Source of the DNA: Candidatus Auribacterota bacterium
GTDB lineage: Bacteria; Auribacterota; Tritonobacteria; UBA1439
Reading direction: 5' to 3'
Assembly: GCA_026392035.1 (NCBI GenBank)
Contig: JAPLCX010000085.1
Coordinates: 1,335 to 65,334 of the forward strand
DNA length: 64,000 nt
In this document: positions 36,663 through 46,415 of the stretch, one piece after another
Position numbering within the stretch: position 1 is the first letter of the stretch
Layout of the letters: each line of letters begins with the position of its first letter
Made by a program: the position numbers and the translations under genes
Notes under the pieces: generated by a model
What the model saw: only the letters and a program-made list of their open reading frames with translations
The model's database searches: none
Told to the model about the DNA's origin: nothing

Positions 36663-36965
36663 CTATTTTGTGCTCCCCGTAATATATGTGCTTTGGTCCT
36701 CGGGTGAAAGATAGGCGAGGACGGTATCCTTGAATTGTCTGAATCCGATTTCAAATACATTCTCAGAGGCCCTGACCAGTTCGGCTCTGTTTATTTTAAT
36801 ATCCCTGTCTTCGGCGCGCTCATACTGTGAACATAAAATATACAGGTCGAATACGTCTCTCGCCTGAATAACGGCCCTTGTGCCGAGAGCCTTTATTTTT
36901 TGCGATATTGCAGATTCGATGGGATAGTGCGGGATGGGGAAGGGAAGCAATTTGTATGTCCGCAA
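36663..36965 (-). pseudogene. C-terminal fragment of an AbiEii-like nucleotidyltransferase toxin
   Basis: QKIKALGTR...ARDVFDL motif with no N-terminal catalytic half. Confidence 0.55.
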
Positions 36966-37074
36966 CAGCGCCTCCCGGGCCCCCTACCATAAATGATTCA
37001 TTACCTGTTTCCTTCAAGCGATAAAATATATTTTTCATATGGAGCCAGGTTATTGTATAATTGTATCAGAATTT

Positions 37075-37101
37075 GAAGCGATTAGACTGTTTAATCGCTT
37101 C
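37075..37101 (+). promoter_or_regulatory. Operator-like 10-bp inverted repeat downstream of TATAAT (37056) before the Fic gene
   Basis: GAAGCGATTA-N7-TAATCGCTTC. Confidence 0.5.
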
Positions 37102-37114
37102 TGGAGGGATATAG

Positions 37115-38236
37115 ATGAAATACATCTGGGAGCGCAGAAATTGGTTTGATTTTAAATATGACGATGCCGTCTTGCTCAAGCCCTTGAGCCATCTGCGAGT
37201 CTTGCAGGGGAAATTATTGGGCCGCATTGCCTCTCTTGATATTAAGCTCGAGACCGAAGCTCAGGGGGCTATTCTGGTTGAAGAAGCCGTCCGCACCGCA
37301 GAAATAGAAGGACAAAAGCTTAATCGGGACGCAGTTCGCTCATCGGTGGCTGTAAGGCTTGGCTTGCCGCGCGGTATTGGTACTCACGATAGGAATGTTG
37401 ACGGCCTTGTGGATGTTTTGCTTGATGCCGTTTGTTTTCACGATAAGCCTTTGACGCTGGAGCGACTTAATGGCTGGCATGCGGCATTGTTTCCTTCGGG
37501 TTACTCCGGTTTAAAAAAAATAATTGCAGGGGAACCACGGGGTAATGCGCCTATGCAGATAGTTTCCGGCCCCATCGGTAAAGAAAGGGTGCATTTTGAA
37601 GCGTTGCCGGGGGAGCACCTCGATGAAGAAATGCGTCTCTTTGTAAAATGGTGGGATTTGTCGCCAGGCCGCATGGATGGCATATTGCGCGCGGCCGCTG
37701 CCCATCTGCGTTTTGTGACAATTCACCCTTACGAAGATGGTAATGGCCGTTTGGCAAGGGCTTTAACGGACATGGCTTTGGCGCAAGACGAAAAATTAAA
37801 AGTCAGGTTTTACAGTGTCTCGTCTGAGATTATGCGCTCAAGAGACGAATATTATAAAATCCTTGAGGATGTGCAAAGATGCCGTCTCGATGCCACGAAA
37901 TGGTTTATATGGTTTATCAAATGCGTCACGGCATCCATTGAGCATTCCAGAGATATCATCGCCAACGTATTCATACGATTTGACTTTTGGAATCAGCACA
38001 CCCAGACACAACTTAACGAGCGTCAGAAAAAAGTTCTAAACCGCATCCTGGATGCCGGGCCCGGCAATTTTGCCGGCGGTCTGACAACGCGCAAATACGT
38101 AAGTATTGCCAGGGTCAGCCGCTCCACCGCTTTTCGTGAAATCGCAGATATGCTCGATAAAAATGTCCTGCGCCAATTACCCGGCAAGGGCCGTAGCGTT
38201 CATTACGATTTGGTTTGGCCAAGGATGGACAAGTAG
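37115..38236 (+). CDS. Fic-family protein (DUF4172-Fic-HTH type)
   Basis: HPYEDGNGRLAR; C-terminal SRSTAFREI..ML HTH. Confidence 0.92.
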   Translation: MKYIWERRNWFDFKYDDAVLLKPLSHLRVLQGKLLGRIASLDIKLETEAQGAILVEEAVRTAEIEGQKLNRDAVRSSVAVRLGLPRGIGTHDRNVDGLVDVLLDAVCFHDKPLTLERLNGWHAALFPSGYSGLKKIIAGEPRGNAPMQIVSGPIGKERVHFEALPGEHLDEEMRLFVKWWDLSPGRMDGILRAAAAHLRFVTIHPYEDGNGRLARALTDMALAQDEKLKVRFYSVSSEIMRSRDEYYKILEDVQRCRLDATKWFIWFIKCVTASIEHSRDIIANVFIRFDFWNQHTQTQLNERQKKVLNRILDAGPGNFAGGLTTRKYVSIARVSRSTAFREIADMLDKNVLRQLPGKGRSVHYDLVWPRMDK

Positions 38237-38259
38237 GCAAAATTATAGGCACTTTAGAT

Positions 38260-38330
38260 GTAACTGCTCAGGAGCAAGAATTCAGGAGTCAGGAGCCAGG
38301 AATTGGAATGAGGACGCCAGCGGCGACATT
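38260..38330 (+). repeat. Left end of the GTAACTGCTCAGG element with a four-helix-bundle N-terminal stub
   Basis: 71 bp, 2 mismatches to the reverse complement of 3643-3713; reads MRTPAATFEDL and then breaks off. Confidence 0.75.
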
Positions 38331-38390
38331 TGAGGACTTGGGATACGGCGATGTTTCCGAGTTATTACGGGGAGCATAAAATACTTTACA

Positions 38391-38489
38391 TGTCATTGCG
38401 AGGAGCGCAGCGACGAAGCAATCTCAACTCTATGCGCAGCAGGAGATTGCTTCTCCCGCTTTGCGGGACTCGGCCTCCTCGCAATGACA
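38391..38489. repeat. TGTCATTGCGAG...CTCGCAATGACA palindromic element
   Basis: Same family as 36552-36656. Confidence 0.85.
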
Positions 38490-38810
38490 ACCTTAATGCT
38501 GATTTTTTCACACCTTCTGACCCCTTACGTTTTTATCAATGTCATTCGTTATCTGTGCTTGCTCAAGCCACATATTCCAATAGGCAATGAGTTCCTCTTC
38601 AGATAAATTGCGAAGATCAAGGTCTTCTTCGCTTGGAAATTCATCTCTGATTCTGTCCATAATCGGGTAAACCTTCAACCTGAAACGGCAATATCCCATC
38701 AGCCTTGTCAACGATAATATTATGCGCCTCGATAAGCGAATGGCCGGCCGTTTCCCTCTGGACATCGGGCCATATCGCCAACCATTCCTCCGCCGCCTTC
38801 GCGTACGCCA

Positions 38811-39044
38811 TCAGTCTTCTTTCATTGGCATGAATACGCCGACTTCATCATCCACTGCCATCGAAATCTCTCCATAATACTTAAAAAAATGCCTGGGGTT
38901 TATTCCACTCACCGCCAAATCAATGTCGCGCGCCGTTACAACATTATCAATGCACGAACCGAATAGCACTATTTTCCCCGCTCCGTACGTCTTGCTTATC
39001 TCCACGATCCTGCTTAATTCCTTTTCAAGACTCTTTTTATTCAT
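38811..39044 (-). pseudogene. Truncated minimal nucleotidyltransferase (MNT antitoxin-like)
   Basis: VLFGS...RDIDLAV; ends before the usual third Asp region and C-terminal helix. Confidence 0.6.
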
Positions 39045-39098
39045 TATGCCCCTTCGCAATACCCTTCGGAATTTCCGGCAGGCTTCTCCTCATTACCC

Positions 39099-40505
39099 TC
39101 ATTCTATTCCTTCACCATTGATAGATATACCCAGCTTCTTCATTTTCCGGTACAGCGCCTTCCTGTTCATCTGCAACATCTTCGCCGCTTTGACCTTGTT
39201 GCCTCCCGCCAGCGCGATTGCCTTTGTGATAAGACTCCTTTCAACCCTCCCCCTGATTTCCTCAAAGGAGGCGCCCTCGTTCAGATCCACCTTCAATTCC
39301 AGGCTTTCTTCCACATCGTTAACCGCCTCCAGCGGCGCCCCCGGCGCATCAGGGGACATGTACTCCGGTTCAATAACCCCCCCGCCGGCCATCAGGACGG
39401 CTCTTCTCACCATGTTCCTGAGCTCCCGCACATTACCCGGGTAACCATACTCAAGCAAATATCCAACCGCCGCTTTAGAAAAACCTTCCGCCTTTTTTCC
39501 GAACTCCTCATTCGCCTCTTTTAGAAAATGGTCGGCGAGCATGACAATATCGTCTTTCCTCTGACGGAGGGGAGGAAGCGCGATGCAAAACTCATTGAGG
39601 CGGTGGAAGAGGTCCTGCCGGAACTTCCCCCGTTTTACCCATTCCGTCAAATTGACGTTTGTCGCCACAATCACCCTCACATCAACATCCACACCCCTTC
39701 TCCCCCCCAGATGTTGTATCCTGCGTTCCTGAAGCGCCCGGAGCAGTTTCACCTGCACATTTTCGGTGAGATTGCCTACCTCATCCAGAAAGATGCTGCC
39801 TCCCTGCGCCTGCTCGAATTTACCCTCCTTCAGGGCATCCGCGCCCGTGAAGGCTCCCCGCTCATGGCCGAAGAGCTCGCTCTCTACCAGCGTCTCAGGG
39901 ATCGCTCCACAGTCAACTGCGACGAACGGCTTGTCCTTCCGCGGGCTGCTCTCATGAATCATCTGCGCGAGCAGTTCCTTGCCGGTTCCGCTCTCACCCT
40001 GGATCAGAACGGTCATAGTGGTCGGCGCGACAATTTTGGCCTGGCTTATCACGCGCATAATCACACTGCTTTTCCCCATTGACTGCTCCAGGGCGGTCTT
40101 CTCCCCCAATCTCTTCCTCAGTATCTCCACCTCTCTGCTCAGATAGTGCGACTGGAGCGCTTTCCTGATCACAAGGACCAGCTCCTCGTTATCGAACGGC
40201 TTCGTAATGTAATCGAACGCGCCCAATTTCATTGCTCGCACCGCGTCTTTCACCTCGCCGAACGCGGTAAGCATTATGATGATAAGATTCTTATCAATCC
40301 TCTTCATCTCCTCTAAAAGCTCAACCCCATCCATCCCGGGTAGCTTGATGTCCAGCAAGGCCAGGTCCGGCCTGACCTTCTTGACCTTTTTAATCGCGGC
40401 TTTCCCATCTTCAACAGCGAACGTGTCAAACCCTTCTTCCCTCAGGATATCAGAGAGGGTCATGCGCAAATCGGCGTTATCGTCTACAATTAAAATGGAT
40501 TCCAT
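39099..40505 (-). CDS. sigma54-dependent NtrC/AtoC-family response regulator
   Basis: REC, GESGTGKE, GAFTGA, LDEVG, PGNVREL, Fis-type HTH. Confidence 0.96.
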   Translation of the reverse strand: MESILIVDDNADLRMTLSDILREEGFDTFAVEDGKAAIKKVKKVRPDLALLDIKLPGMDGVELLEEMKRIDKNLIIIMLTAFGEVKDAVRAMKLGAFDYITKPFDNEELVLVIRKALQSHYLSREVEILRKRLGEKTALEQSMGKSSVIMRVISQAKIVAPTTMTVLIQGESGTGKELLAQMIHESSPRKDKPFVAVDCGAIPETLVESELFGHERGAFTGADALKEGKFEQAQGGSIFLDEVGNLTENVQVKLLRALQERRIQHLGGRRGVDVDVRVIVATNVNLTEWVKRGKFRQDLFHRLNEFCIALPPLRQRKDDIVMLADHFLKEANEEFGKKAEGFSKAAVGYLLEYGYPGNVRELRNMVRRAVLMAGGGVIEPEYMSPDAPGAPLEAVNDVEESLELKVDLNEGASFEEIRGRVERSLITKAIALAGGNKVKAAKMLQMNRKALYRKMKKLGISINGEGIE

Positions 40506-40623
40506 GGTTTAATCACCCTCCCCGCCTGCCTGTCGGCAGGCAAATCCCCCTCCATCCCCCTTTTTCAAAGGGGGAAGAAATCCCCTCTATTCCCCCCCTT
40601 TCGCAAAGGGGCTCTCTCAAAAC

Positions 40624-40724
40624 CGTCATTGCGAGAAGTCCCGCTGAGCGGGACGACGAAGCAATCTAGCATTTCCCGCGTAAAAGCGAGATTGCCACGC
40701 TCCCTGCGGTCGCTCGCAATGACG
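40624..40724. repeat. CGTCATTGCGAG...CTCGCAATGACG element inserted among CCCCCTTT hairpins
   Basis: Third copy, nested GTCCCGCTGAGCGGGAC; flanked by 40544-40612 and 40752-40768 G/C-tract repeats. Confidence 0.85.
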
Positions 40725-40769
40725 CAGTGAGCATTTTTGAGACAGCCTCCAAATGGGGAAGGGGGGATT

Positions 40770-40994
40770 TTAATAAACAGGCACAGGGATAAGCTTCTTG
40801 GGCTTAAGTTTTCCCTGAATAGCCCGATCCATTCGCTCGGCAATGCTGCCAGGAATCCAGATTTCGCCACATCGGCCGCAAACCTGGACGGATACATTTT
40901 CAAAAAGGTAAAGATGCCCCTTTACCAAGCGATCAATGGACGTTTTTTGCCTCCGCAGTTTTCCACCGCACACAGCGCACAAAGAATCTTTCAT
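40770..40994 (-). CDS. YgiT-type zinc-finger protein
   Basis: CAVCGG...ENV....CGRCGE. Confidence 0.85.
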   Translation of the reverse strand: MKDSLCAVCGGKLRRQKTSIDRLVKGHLYLFENVSVQVCGRCGEIWIPGSIAERMDRAIQGKLKPKKLIPVPVY

Positions 40995-41299
40995 GGCATT
41001 TTTTCCCTTCTGGTTTTAGGATCTAGCCACTTGCCAGGATCAAGCCAATGGACAGTAATAATATGAACAAGTTCTCCCACCGCGCAGAGAATATAAAGGG
41101 GCCTGCCATTGCGAACATAGCCTAGAATAAGACAGCTTGGATAAGGAGAATCCTTTGGATATGTTTCGATAATCTCACCTTCGGTGATGACTTTCTTTAT
41201 CTCTTTAAGTAAAATGCCTCGACCATCACAACGCCTTTGGCAGTGTTTAGTAATTTGATATTTGCCTTCGTTAATCTTTTGGCGAATGAGTTCAATCAT
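40991..41299 (-). CDS. DUF4258-domain protein (toxin-like partner of the YgiT finger)
   Basis: T.HC..R...R.I, GEIIE.YP.D.PYPSCLILG, IITV; 4-nt overlap with the finger gene. Confidence 0.8.
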   Translation of the reverse strand: MIELIRQKINEGKYQITKHCQRRCDGRGILLKEIKKVITEGEIIETYPKDSPYPSCLILGYVRNGRPLYILCAVGELVHIITVHWLDPGKWLDPKTRREKMP

Positions 41300-41544
41300 A
41301 GGGCATAGCCACAAAGCCAGATAAGCACTTCGCTCCGCTCGCGCTATCACCCTTCGGGCAGCCCTTTTTACAAAAGGGCTGGGTCGTCTCGGTGGTGTGC
41401 CTATCTGGTCCAGCCTCTTAAGTCGAAGGCTAAGGGGCTGTTGGAATTTCGATTTATTGAAATTCCGAGACGATGATTTATATCACATTTTGACAGGATC
41501 GACATCAGCAATCACCCCAACCTCAGAATCCTTGAGCGGATATA

Positions 41545-41816
41545 CTGCCCCCCTTTTGCATGGGGGAAGGGCAAATCCCCCTCCCTGCCTGCCTGTCGGC
41601 AGGCAAATCCCAAACCTGCCTACGGCAGGCAAGTCCCAAACCTGCCCGCCAGAGGCGGGTGTCAAATGCCAAATAAATTCCAAATTCCAAAATTCAAACC
41701 ATTTGCCCGCCTGCCTGTCGGCAGGCAAATCCCCCTCTGTCCCCCTTTTCCAAAGGGGGAAGAAATCCCATCCCACATCCTCCCCCCCTTTCGCAAAGGG
41801 GGGCAGGGGGGATTTA
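41545..41816. repeat. Composite palindrome/heptamer repeat cluster
   Basis: See 10057-10252. Confidence 0.8.
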
Positions 41817-41817
41817 T

Positions 41818-42429
41818 CTACCTTTGAAGCTGTCGTATGACTTTAAATATCTCTCTATCGGTGAATGGCTTGTCAATAAACACATAAGCGCCTTTGCGCC
41901 TTGCTTCCTCTCTTCTGTCTGCGCTTCCATATGCTGAGATAATAGCCGGGATTGTCTTAGGATTGCTCTTCCGCATTTGAGAGAGAACTGACATTCCATC
42001 ACCATCCGGCAGATTCAAATCCAGGAATACCAGGTCCGGGGAGTTTTTCTTCAAATAATTAATGCCTTCTCTCCTTGTGCGGGCGGTTTTTACATTATAG
42101 CCCTTACTGACCAGGGATTCAGATAAGAGAGCGCATATATCCTTTTCGTCCTCTATGAGCAATATATTTTTTATCTGCTTTTTCGAGGGCGGCATGCGTC
42201 TTACTCTTTCCCTTTTCCGCTCCTCCAACTGGCCTTTCTCCCACCGTTCGAAAAACGGCCTTAACTCATCGAGTTCTTCGGGCCTCCGCCAGCCGGAGAA
42301 GCCGCTCTTCCAGACAAGCACCTCCCCCTTTTTTATTTTTCCTGTGGAAATCCAATTCTTCAATCTTCCATCATACACCGTTCTATATATCTCCGCTCCC
42401 CTCCTGATGTCCCATTTTATTTCCGCCAT
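41818..42429 (-). CDS. GYF_2/DUF4339-like domain fused to a response-regulator receiver
   Basis: G.I.....VWK.G...W motif, then ILLIEDE, DLNLP, KPF. Confidence 0.75.
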   Translation of the reverse strand: MAEIKWDIRRGAEIYRTVYDGRLKNWISTGKIKKGEVLVWKSGFSGWRRPEELDELRPFFERWEKGQLEERKRERVRRMPPSKKQIKNILLIEDEKDICALLSESLVSKGYNVKTARTRREGINYLKKNSPDLVFLDLNLPDGDGMSVLSQMRKSNPKTIPAIISAYGSADRREEARRKGAYVFIDKPFTDREIFKVIRQLQR

Positions 42430-42468
42430 GATTTCCCTCCTTATTTTGCTGGCACGACCAGGTTTTAT

Positions 42469-43575
42469 TTACTCAGGTACAACTTCCCGGAACCTCGGCA
42501 GGGATATTGTAAACGTTGAGCCCTGCCGGGGCTTGCTCTCCACCTCTATAGTCCCGCCGTGACTCACGATGATCCCATAGCATACAGTCAGTCCCAAGCC
42601 CACGCCCTCCTTTTTAGTGCTGAAGAAAGGATCAAACAACCTGATAATATCGTTCTCCGGAATTCCCCTCCCTGTATCCTGTATCATCATCATGAAAGTC
42701 TCGTCGCTGCATTCGGTTGCGATAGTCAATATTCCCCTTCTTGGCATGGCCTCAACAGCATTTTTTATTATATTCAGAAAGACACGCTCGATATATTCCC
42801 TATCAACACTGATCTTTAACAGACCCGGGGTGAACTTTTTAACCACCTTTATATTCTGCGATTTTATCTTTGGCCTGACAGATTCCAGCGCGCTATGCAA
42901 TATCTTATGCGGATCATGCAAGCGAAGGTCCAGTTTGGACGGCCTTGCGCAATTGAGCAGCTCCGTGATCAGGAAGTTAATCCTTTCCGTATTTCTCACA
43001 ATTACTTCAATATATCTGGATGCAGCACCTCCCGGTTTAAGGGCCTTCTCAAGCGCTCTCACAGACATGGCAACATTCGTGAGAGGGTTTCTTATCTCAT
43101 GGGCAATGTTAGCGGAGATGCGGCCTGTGAACGCGAGTTTCTCGGATTTTACAAGTTCATCCTTCTTGTCACGCAGCTCCGCGTAAGATTTTTCGAGCTC
43201 TTCCCTGGACCCTGTGAGTTCTCTGATCAGTTCCTTTATTTTCCTGATGTTCCTGGCAACCAAAATAACATCTGATATCAGCTCTTCCCCTTTTTTAGCG
43301 GCGGACACATTAACACTCACGGGGATTTCATTATTCCGCCTGTCCCGATATATCATCTCACAATCCCTGATCGGGACTTTTTCCATAATCCCGGCGAGAG
43401 AAAAATCCTTGCACACCTTTCTCATCGGCCTGTTCAACAAGGCCTTCCTGTCATATGCCAGAAGATCCAGGGCCGCGCGGTTGATTTCTCTGATCCTCCC
43501 CTCCCTGTCCAAAATAATCACGCTGTCAATCAACTCTTCAATAGAGATGCATTGCTTCCCAGGATCATTCATCAT
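42469..43575 (-). CDS. PAS sensor histidine kinase
   Basis: AHEIRNPL, N box, DTGRG, G.GLGL. Confidence 0.93.
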   Translation of the reverse strand: MMNDPGKQCISIEELIDSVIILDREGRIREINRAALDLLAYDRKALLNRPMRKVCKDFSLAGIMEKVPIRDCEMIYRDRRNNEIPVSVNVSAAKKGEELISDVILVARNIRKIKELIRELTGSREELEKSYAELRDKKDELVKSEKLAFTGRISANIAHEIRNPLTNVAMSVRALEKALKPGGAASRYIEVIVRNTERINFLITELLNCARPSKLDLRLHDPHKILHSALESVRPKIKSQNIKVVKKFTPGLLKISVDREYIERVFLNIIKNAVEAMPRRGILTIATECSDETFMMMIQDTGRGIPENDIIRLFDPFFSTKKEGVGLGLTVCYGIIVSHGGTIEVESKPRQGSTFTISLPRFREVVPE

Positions 43576-43618
43576 AACCTGCTCCCTCTAGAGTATTATT
43601 CCGGCAACTCCCCATGAG

Positions 43619-45769
43619 CTATATCCGCCTCAGCCGCAACCTGTTGCGGGGGGGGGGGGGGGGGGGGGTAACCGGCAGCCTTACCGTGACCGTGGTACCC
43701 TTCCCCACCTCGCTGTGCACATCTATAGAGCCATTGTGTTGGCTGATAATCTGGTGGGCAAGGCTTAAGCCCAGCCCGACGCCCTCCCTCTTGGTGGAGA
43801 AGAACGGATTGAATATCTTCGGCAGTTCAGCCTCCGGAATACCCTTGCCGGTATCGGCGATGGTGATGACAATCTCTTTTCTGTCCGGGTCCGACTCAGC
43901 CGTTACGATAAGCGTTCCCCCCTGCGGCATCGCGTCAATCGCGTTGATCATGAAATTCATGAGCGCCTGTCCTATCCGCTCAGGGTCCATGAGCGCCGAT
44001 GGCAGACGTCTTGCCAACCTTCTCCGGACACGCACGCGATTCACCGAGCACCGCGGTTTAATGAGCTCACAGGTATTTTTGATTACCTCTCTCACAAAGC
44101 ACATTCTAAACGATGTCGAGTGCGGCTTTGCGAACTCCAGCAGATCCTTGATGATGCTATTTGCGCTCTCGGAATTTCTCACAATGACATCCATGTGTTT
44201 CCGCACTGGTTTATCCAGCTCATACTTGCCGAGGCAATACTGGGCCGTCGCGGATATATTTGCGAGCGGATTTCGTATCTCATGGGCGACGCCCGAAGCC
44301 AGCTTCCCAACCGCCGCCAGCTTTTCAGACTGCAGCGCTTTCTTCTCCACCTTTTTCTTTTCAGTAATATCCTTTGAGATATGGACAAAACCTGTGATCT
44401 CATTTTTTTCGTCGCGGAAAGGAGAGGCGACGACTTCCAGGTAGCGCCCCAGCCTCGGCTCAAAGTATTCCGTCCTCACCGCTTCCCCTCGCTCAACCGC
44501 TTCTTCCCCCGGGCACTTCAAATGAGGTCCTTTCGTCTCATGAAATAACTCATACCAGGTTCGCCCGATAAGTTCAGCTGGTTTCATGCCGAAAGCGGAT
44601 GCAAAGGCCATGTTCACCCTTGTTATTCTATAGCTCAAGTCGTGTATGGAGATCATGTCGGAGATAGAGTCAAAGGTGTTTCTCCATTCCGCGGCGGCAT
44701 GCTCAATCTTTTCACGCATATGTTTTGCTTCGGTGAAATCGCGGGCGATACCGGCGGTGCCCACTATCCTCCCTTCTCCGTTAACGACGGGCGTCTTGAT
44801 CGTCTCAATCCACGTGGTAGTTCCATCTGCATTCGCCAACGGCTCCTCGACACGCTGACGGACACCAGATCTCATAACCGCTTTGTCATCACGCCTATAT
44901 CTATCCGCAAGCTCCCGCGGCCAGATATCCAGGTCAGTTTTGCCTGTCAGGTCCTCAGGCCGCACACCGCATGCCTTCCCGAACGCTTCATTTACCACGA
45001 TAAACCTGCTATCCCTATCTTTTAACCACGCAATGTCAGGGATGTTATTAAGTATCGCTTGCTGTTGCTTCCCGGCCTGCAGCAGATGTTGTTCCATCGA
45101 CTCGCGCTCGCTGTTATCCACAAGCGCCCACCTGCCCTCTCTTCTTATAAGAATGAACCGATGGCTGCTTACCATATCTATAATTTCCGCTACGTCGTTT
45201 CTCTCAAGCGCGTAGCTGCACAGAGCAAGCATTTTGTGCTCGCCGATGGCGTTACTCATCGCTCGCTCACAATTGATAAAATCCTTCCAACCTTTTTCCC
45301 CCACCCAAGCCATATCACCGGTGGCTCTCATCCCATCATAACCACTTGCCAGGGCTTTGTCATGCTTTCTAGTCCAGGCAGCAAGCACCTTTCTCGGATC
45401 GAATCTTCCTTCACTGAGATACCACTCACTATCTGGGATAATCTCTATCTGCCCTTTTTTAAGATAACCATCGAAATCGGCAATCCTCTTTGCCAACCCC
45501 GCTTTCGCCTCCTCGATCCTCAGAGGAGCAGATACAATCCATATGCAAAACTCGTTGCTTTCGAGCCCCGCTTGGAAATAGGGTAAGAGCATCTCAAGCA
45601 AATCATCTTTAGTCTGATGGAACAGGCAGAAATGCGAACCCCATGGGATATCACCGAGAACATTTATCCCTGATTTTCTAATATGCGCTGTCATGCTCTT
45701 ACCACTCCCTTCCCTTTGCATCGCAGGCATGGAAGCACGCGACCCCTCGCTCTCCCTCTTCCTCCACAA
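43619..45769 (-). CDS. MEDS-PAS-PAS sensor histidine kinase
   Basis: MEDS (SG...LGDIPWGSHFCLF), two PAS/PAC domains, AHEIRNP; poly-Pro tail encoded by a G21 tract. Confidence 0.9.
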   Translation of the reverse strand: MWRKRESEGSRASMPAMQREGSGKSMTAHIRKSGINVLGDIPWGSHFCLFHQTKDDLLEMLLPYFQAGLESNEFCIWIVSAPLRIEEAKAGLAKRIADFDGYLKKGQIEIIPDSEWYLSEGRFDPRKVLAAWTRKHDKALASGYDGMRATGDMAWVGEKGWKDFINCERAMSNAIGEHKMLALCSYALERNDVAEIIDMVSSHRFILIRREGRWALVDNSERESMEQHLLQAGKQQQAILNNIPDIAWLKDRDSRFIVVNEAFGKACGVRPEDLTGKTDLDIWPRELADRYRRDDKAVMRSGVRQRVEEPLANADGTTTWIETIKTPVVNGEGRIVGTAGIARDFTEAKHMREKIEHAAAEWRNTFDSISDMISIHDLSYRITRVNMAFASAFGMKPAELIGRTWYELFHETKGPHLKCPGEEAVERGEAVRTEYFEPRLGRYLEVVASPFRDEKNEITGFVHISKDITEKKKVEKKALQSEKLAAVGKLASGVAHEIRNPLANISATAQYCLGKYELDKPVRKHMDVIVRNSESANSIIKDLLEFAKPHSTSFRMCFVREVIKNTCELIKPRCSVNRVRVRRRLARRLPSALMDPERIGQALMNFMINAIDAMPQGGTLIVTAESDPDRKEIVITIADTGKGIPEAELPKIFNPFFSTKREGVGLGLSLAHQIISQHNGSIDVHSEVGKGTTVTVRLPVTPPPPPPRNRLRLRRI

Positions 45770-46050
45770 TCACTGCAGTGCTTCACTTTTGAAGTCTGTA
45801 TACTCACCACCCCTTTGCCGAGGCATACGAGACAAGTGATATTCGAGCCAGGCGGTGATTGCCCGCTCCCTTTGCAATATACGCACTTGATCGCCGGCGC
45901 TTCTGTCATGACAACTCCTCTCCCCCTGCAAATATAGCACCGGACATTTTTTCTCCCCCTGATGACACCGATACCCCCACAAAAACCACAATTAAACATT
46001 GATCTCTTATAAATCCGCACCTTCTTCATTTGGGGTCGGGTAAGCTCCAT
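45691..46050 (-). CDS. Stand-alone DnaJ-type zinc-finger protein (third paralogue)
   Basis: Six CxxCxGxG repeats. Confidence 0.82.
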   Translation of the reverse strand: MELTRPQMKKVRIYKRSMFNCGFCGGIGVIRGRKNVRCYICRGRGVVMTEAPAIKCVYCKGSGQSPPGSNITCLVCLGKGVVSIQTSKVKHCSDCGGRGRARGRVLPCLRCKGKGVVRA

Positions 46051-46412
46051 TTTAGGGTCGCATCTTCCAGACCTTCTTTGAAAAGCAATCCGTATATGAG
46101 ATAGGTGATCTTCAGCCCTTCTAAATAATTATGTACCGCATGCTCCATCCCGATAAAAAGGAGGCCAATTTCACCATCTGACAGGGTATGCTTTATCCGC
46201 TCGCTGATGAACACATCCCGCTTTATAAGTAACTCCCTCTCTGTATCCTTATAGCGCTGCACAGCCGCCGATCTCTCTTTAACGCCGGAAGCCTGGTAAA
46301 GGCGCTTCAGATTGTTGTATTCCTCAAGCAATAATGATGGATCCTCCGTACCTTCAATCATTGCTCCCATTTCGAGAAGATCCATGACGAGCCTATAGTT
46401 CGTGAATCCCAC
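46026..46412 (-). pseudogene. C-terminal half of a receiver-associated paralogue, cut at the RAYT repeat
   Basis: Aligns to 47488-48126 from about GSPNH onward; N-terminal ~85 aa absent. Confidence 0.75.
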
Positions 46413-46415
46413 CTG

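Noticed and set aside
38508-38810. Possible small genes or HicB fragment downstream of the truncated MNT
   Set aside because: Too short and featureless to support a call.
42440-42460. TGGCACG as a further sigma54 site
   Set aside because: No TTGC at the required spacing, and it is on the strand opposite the adjacent genes.
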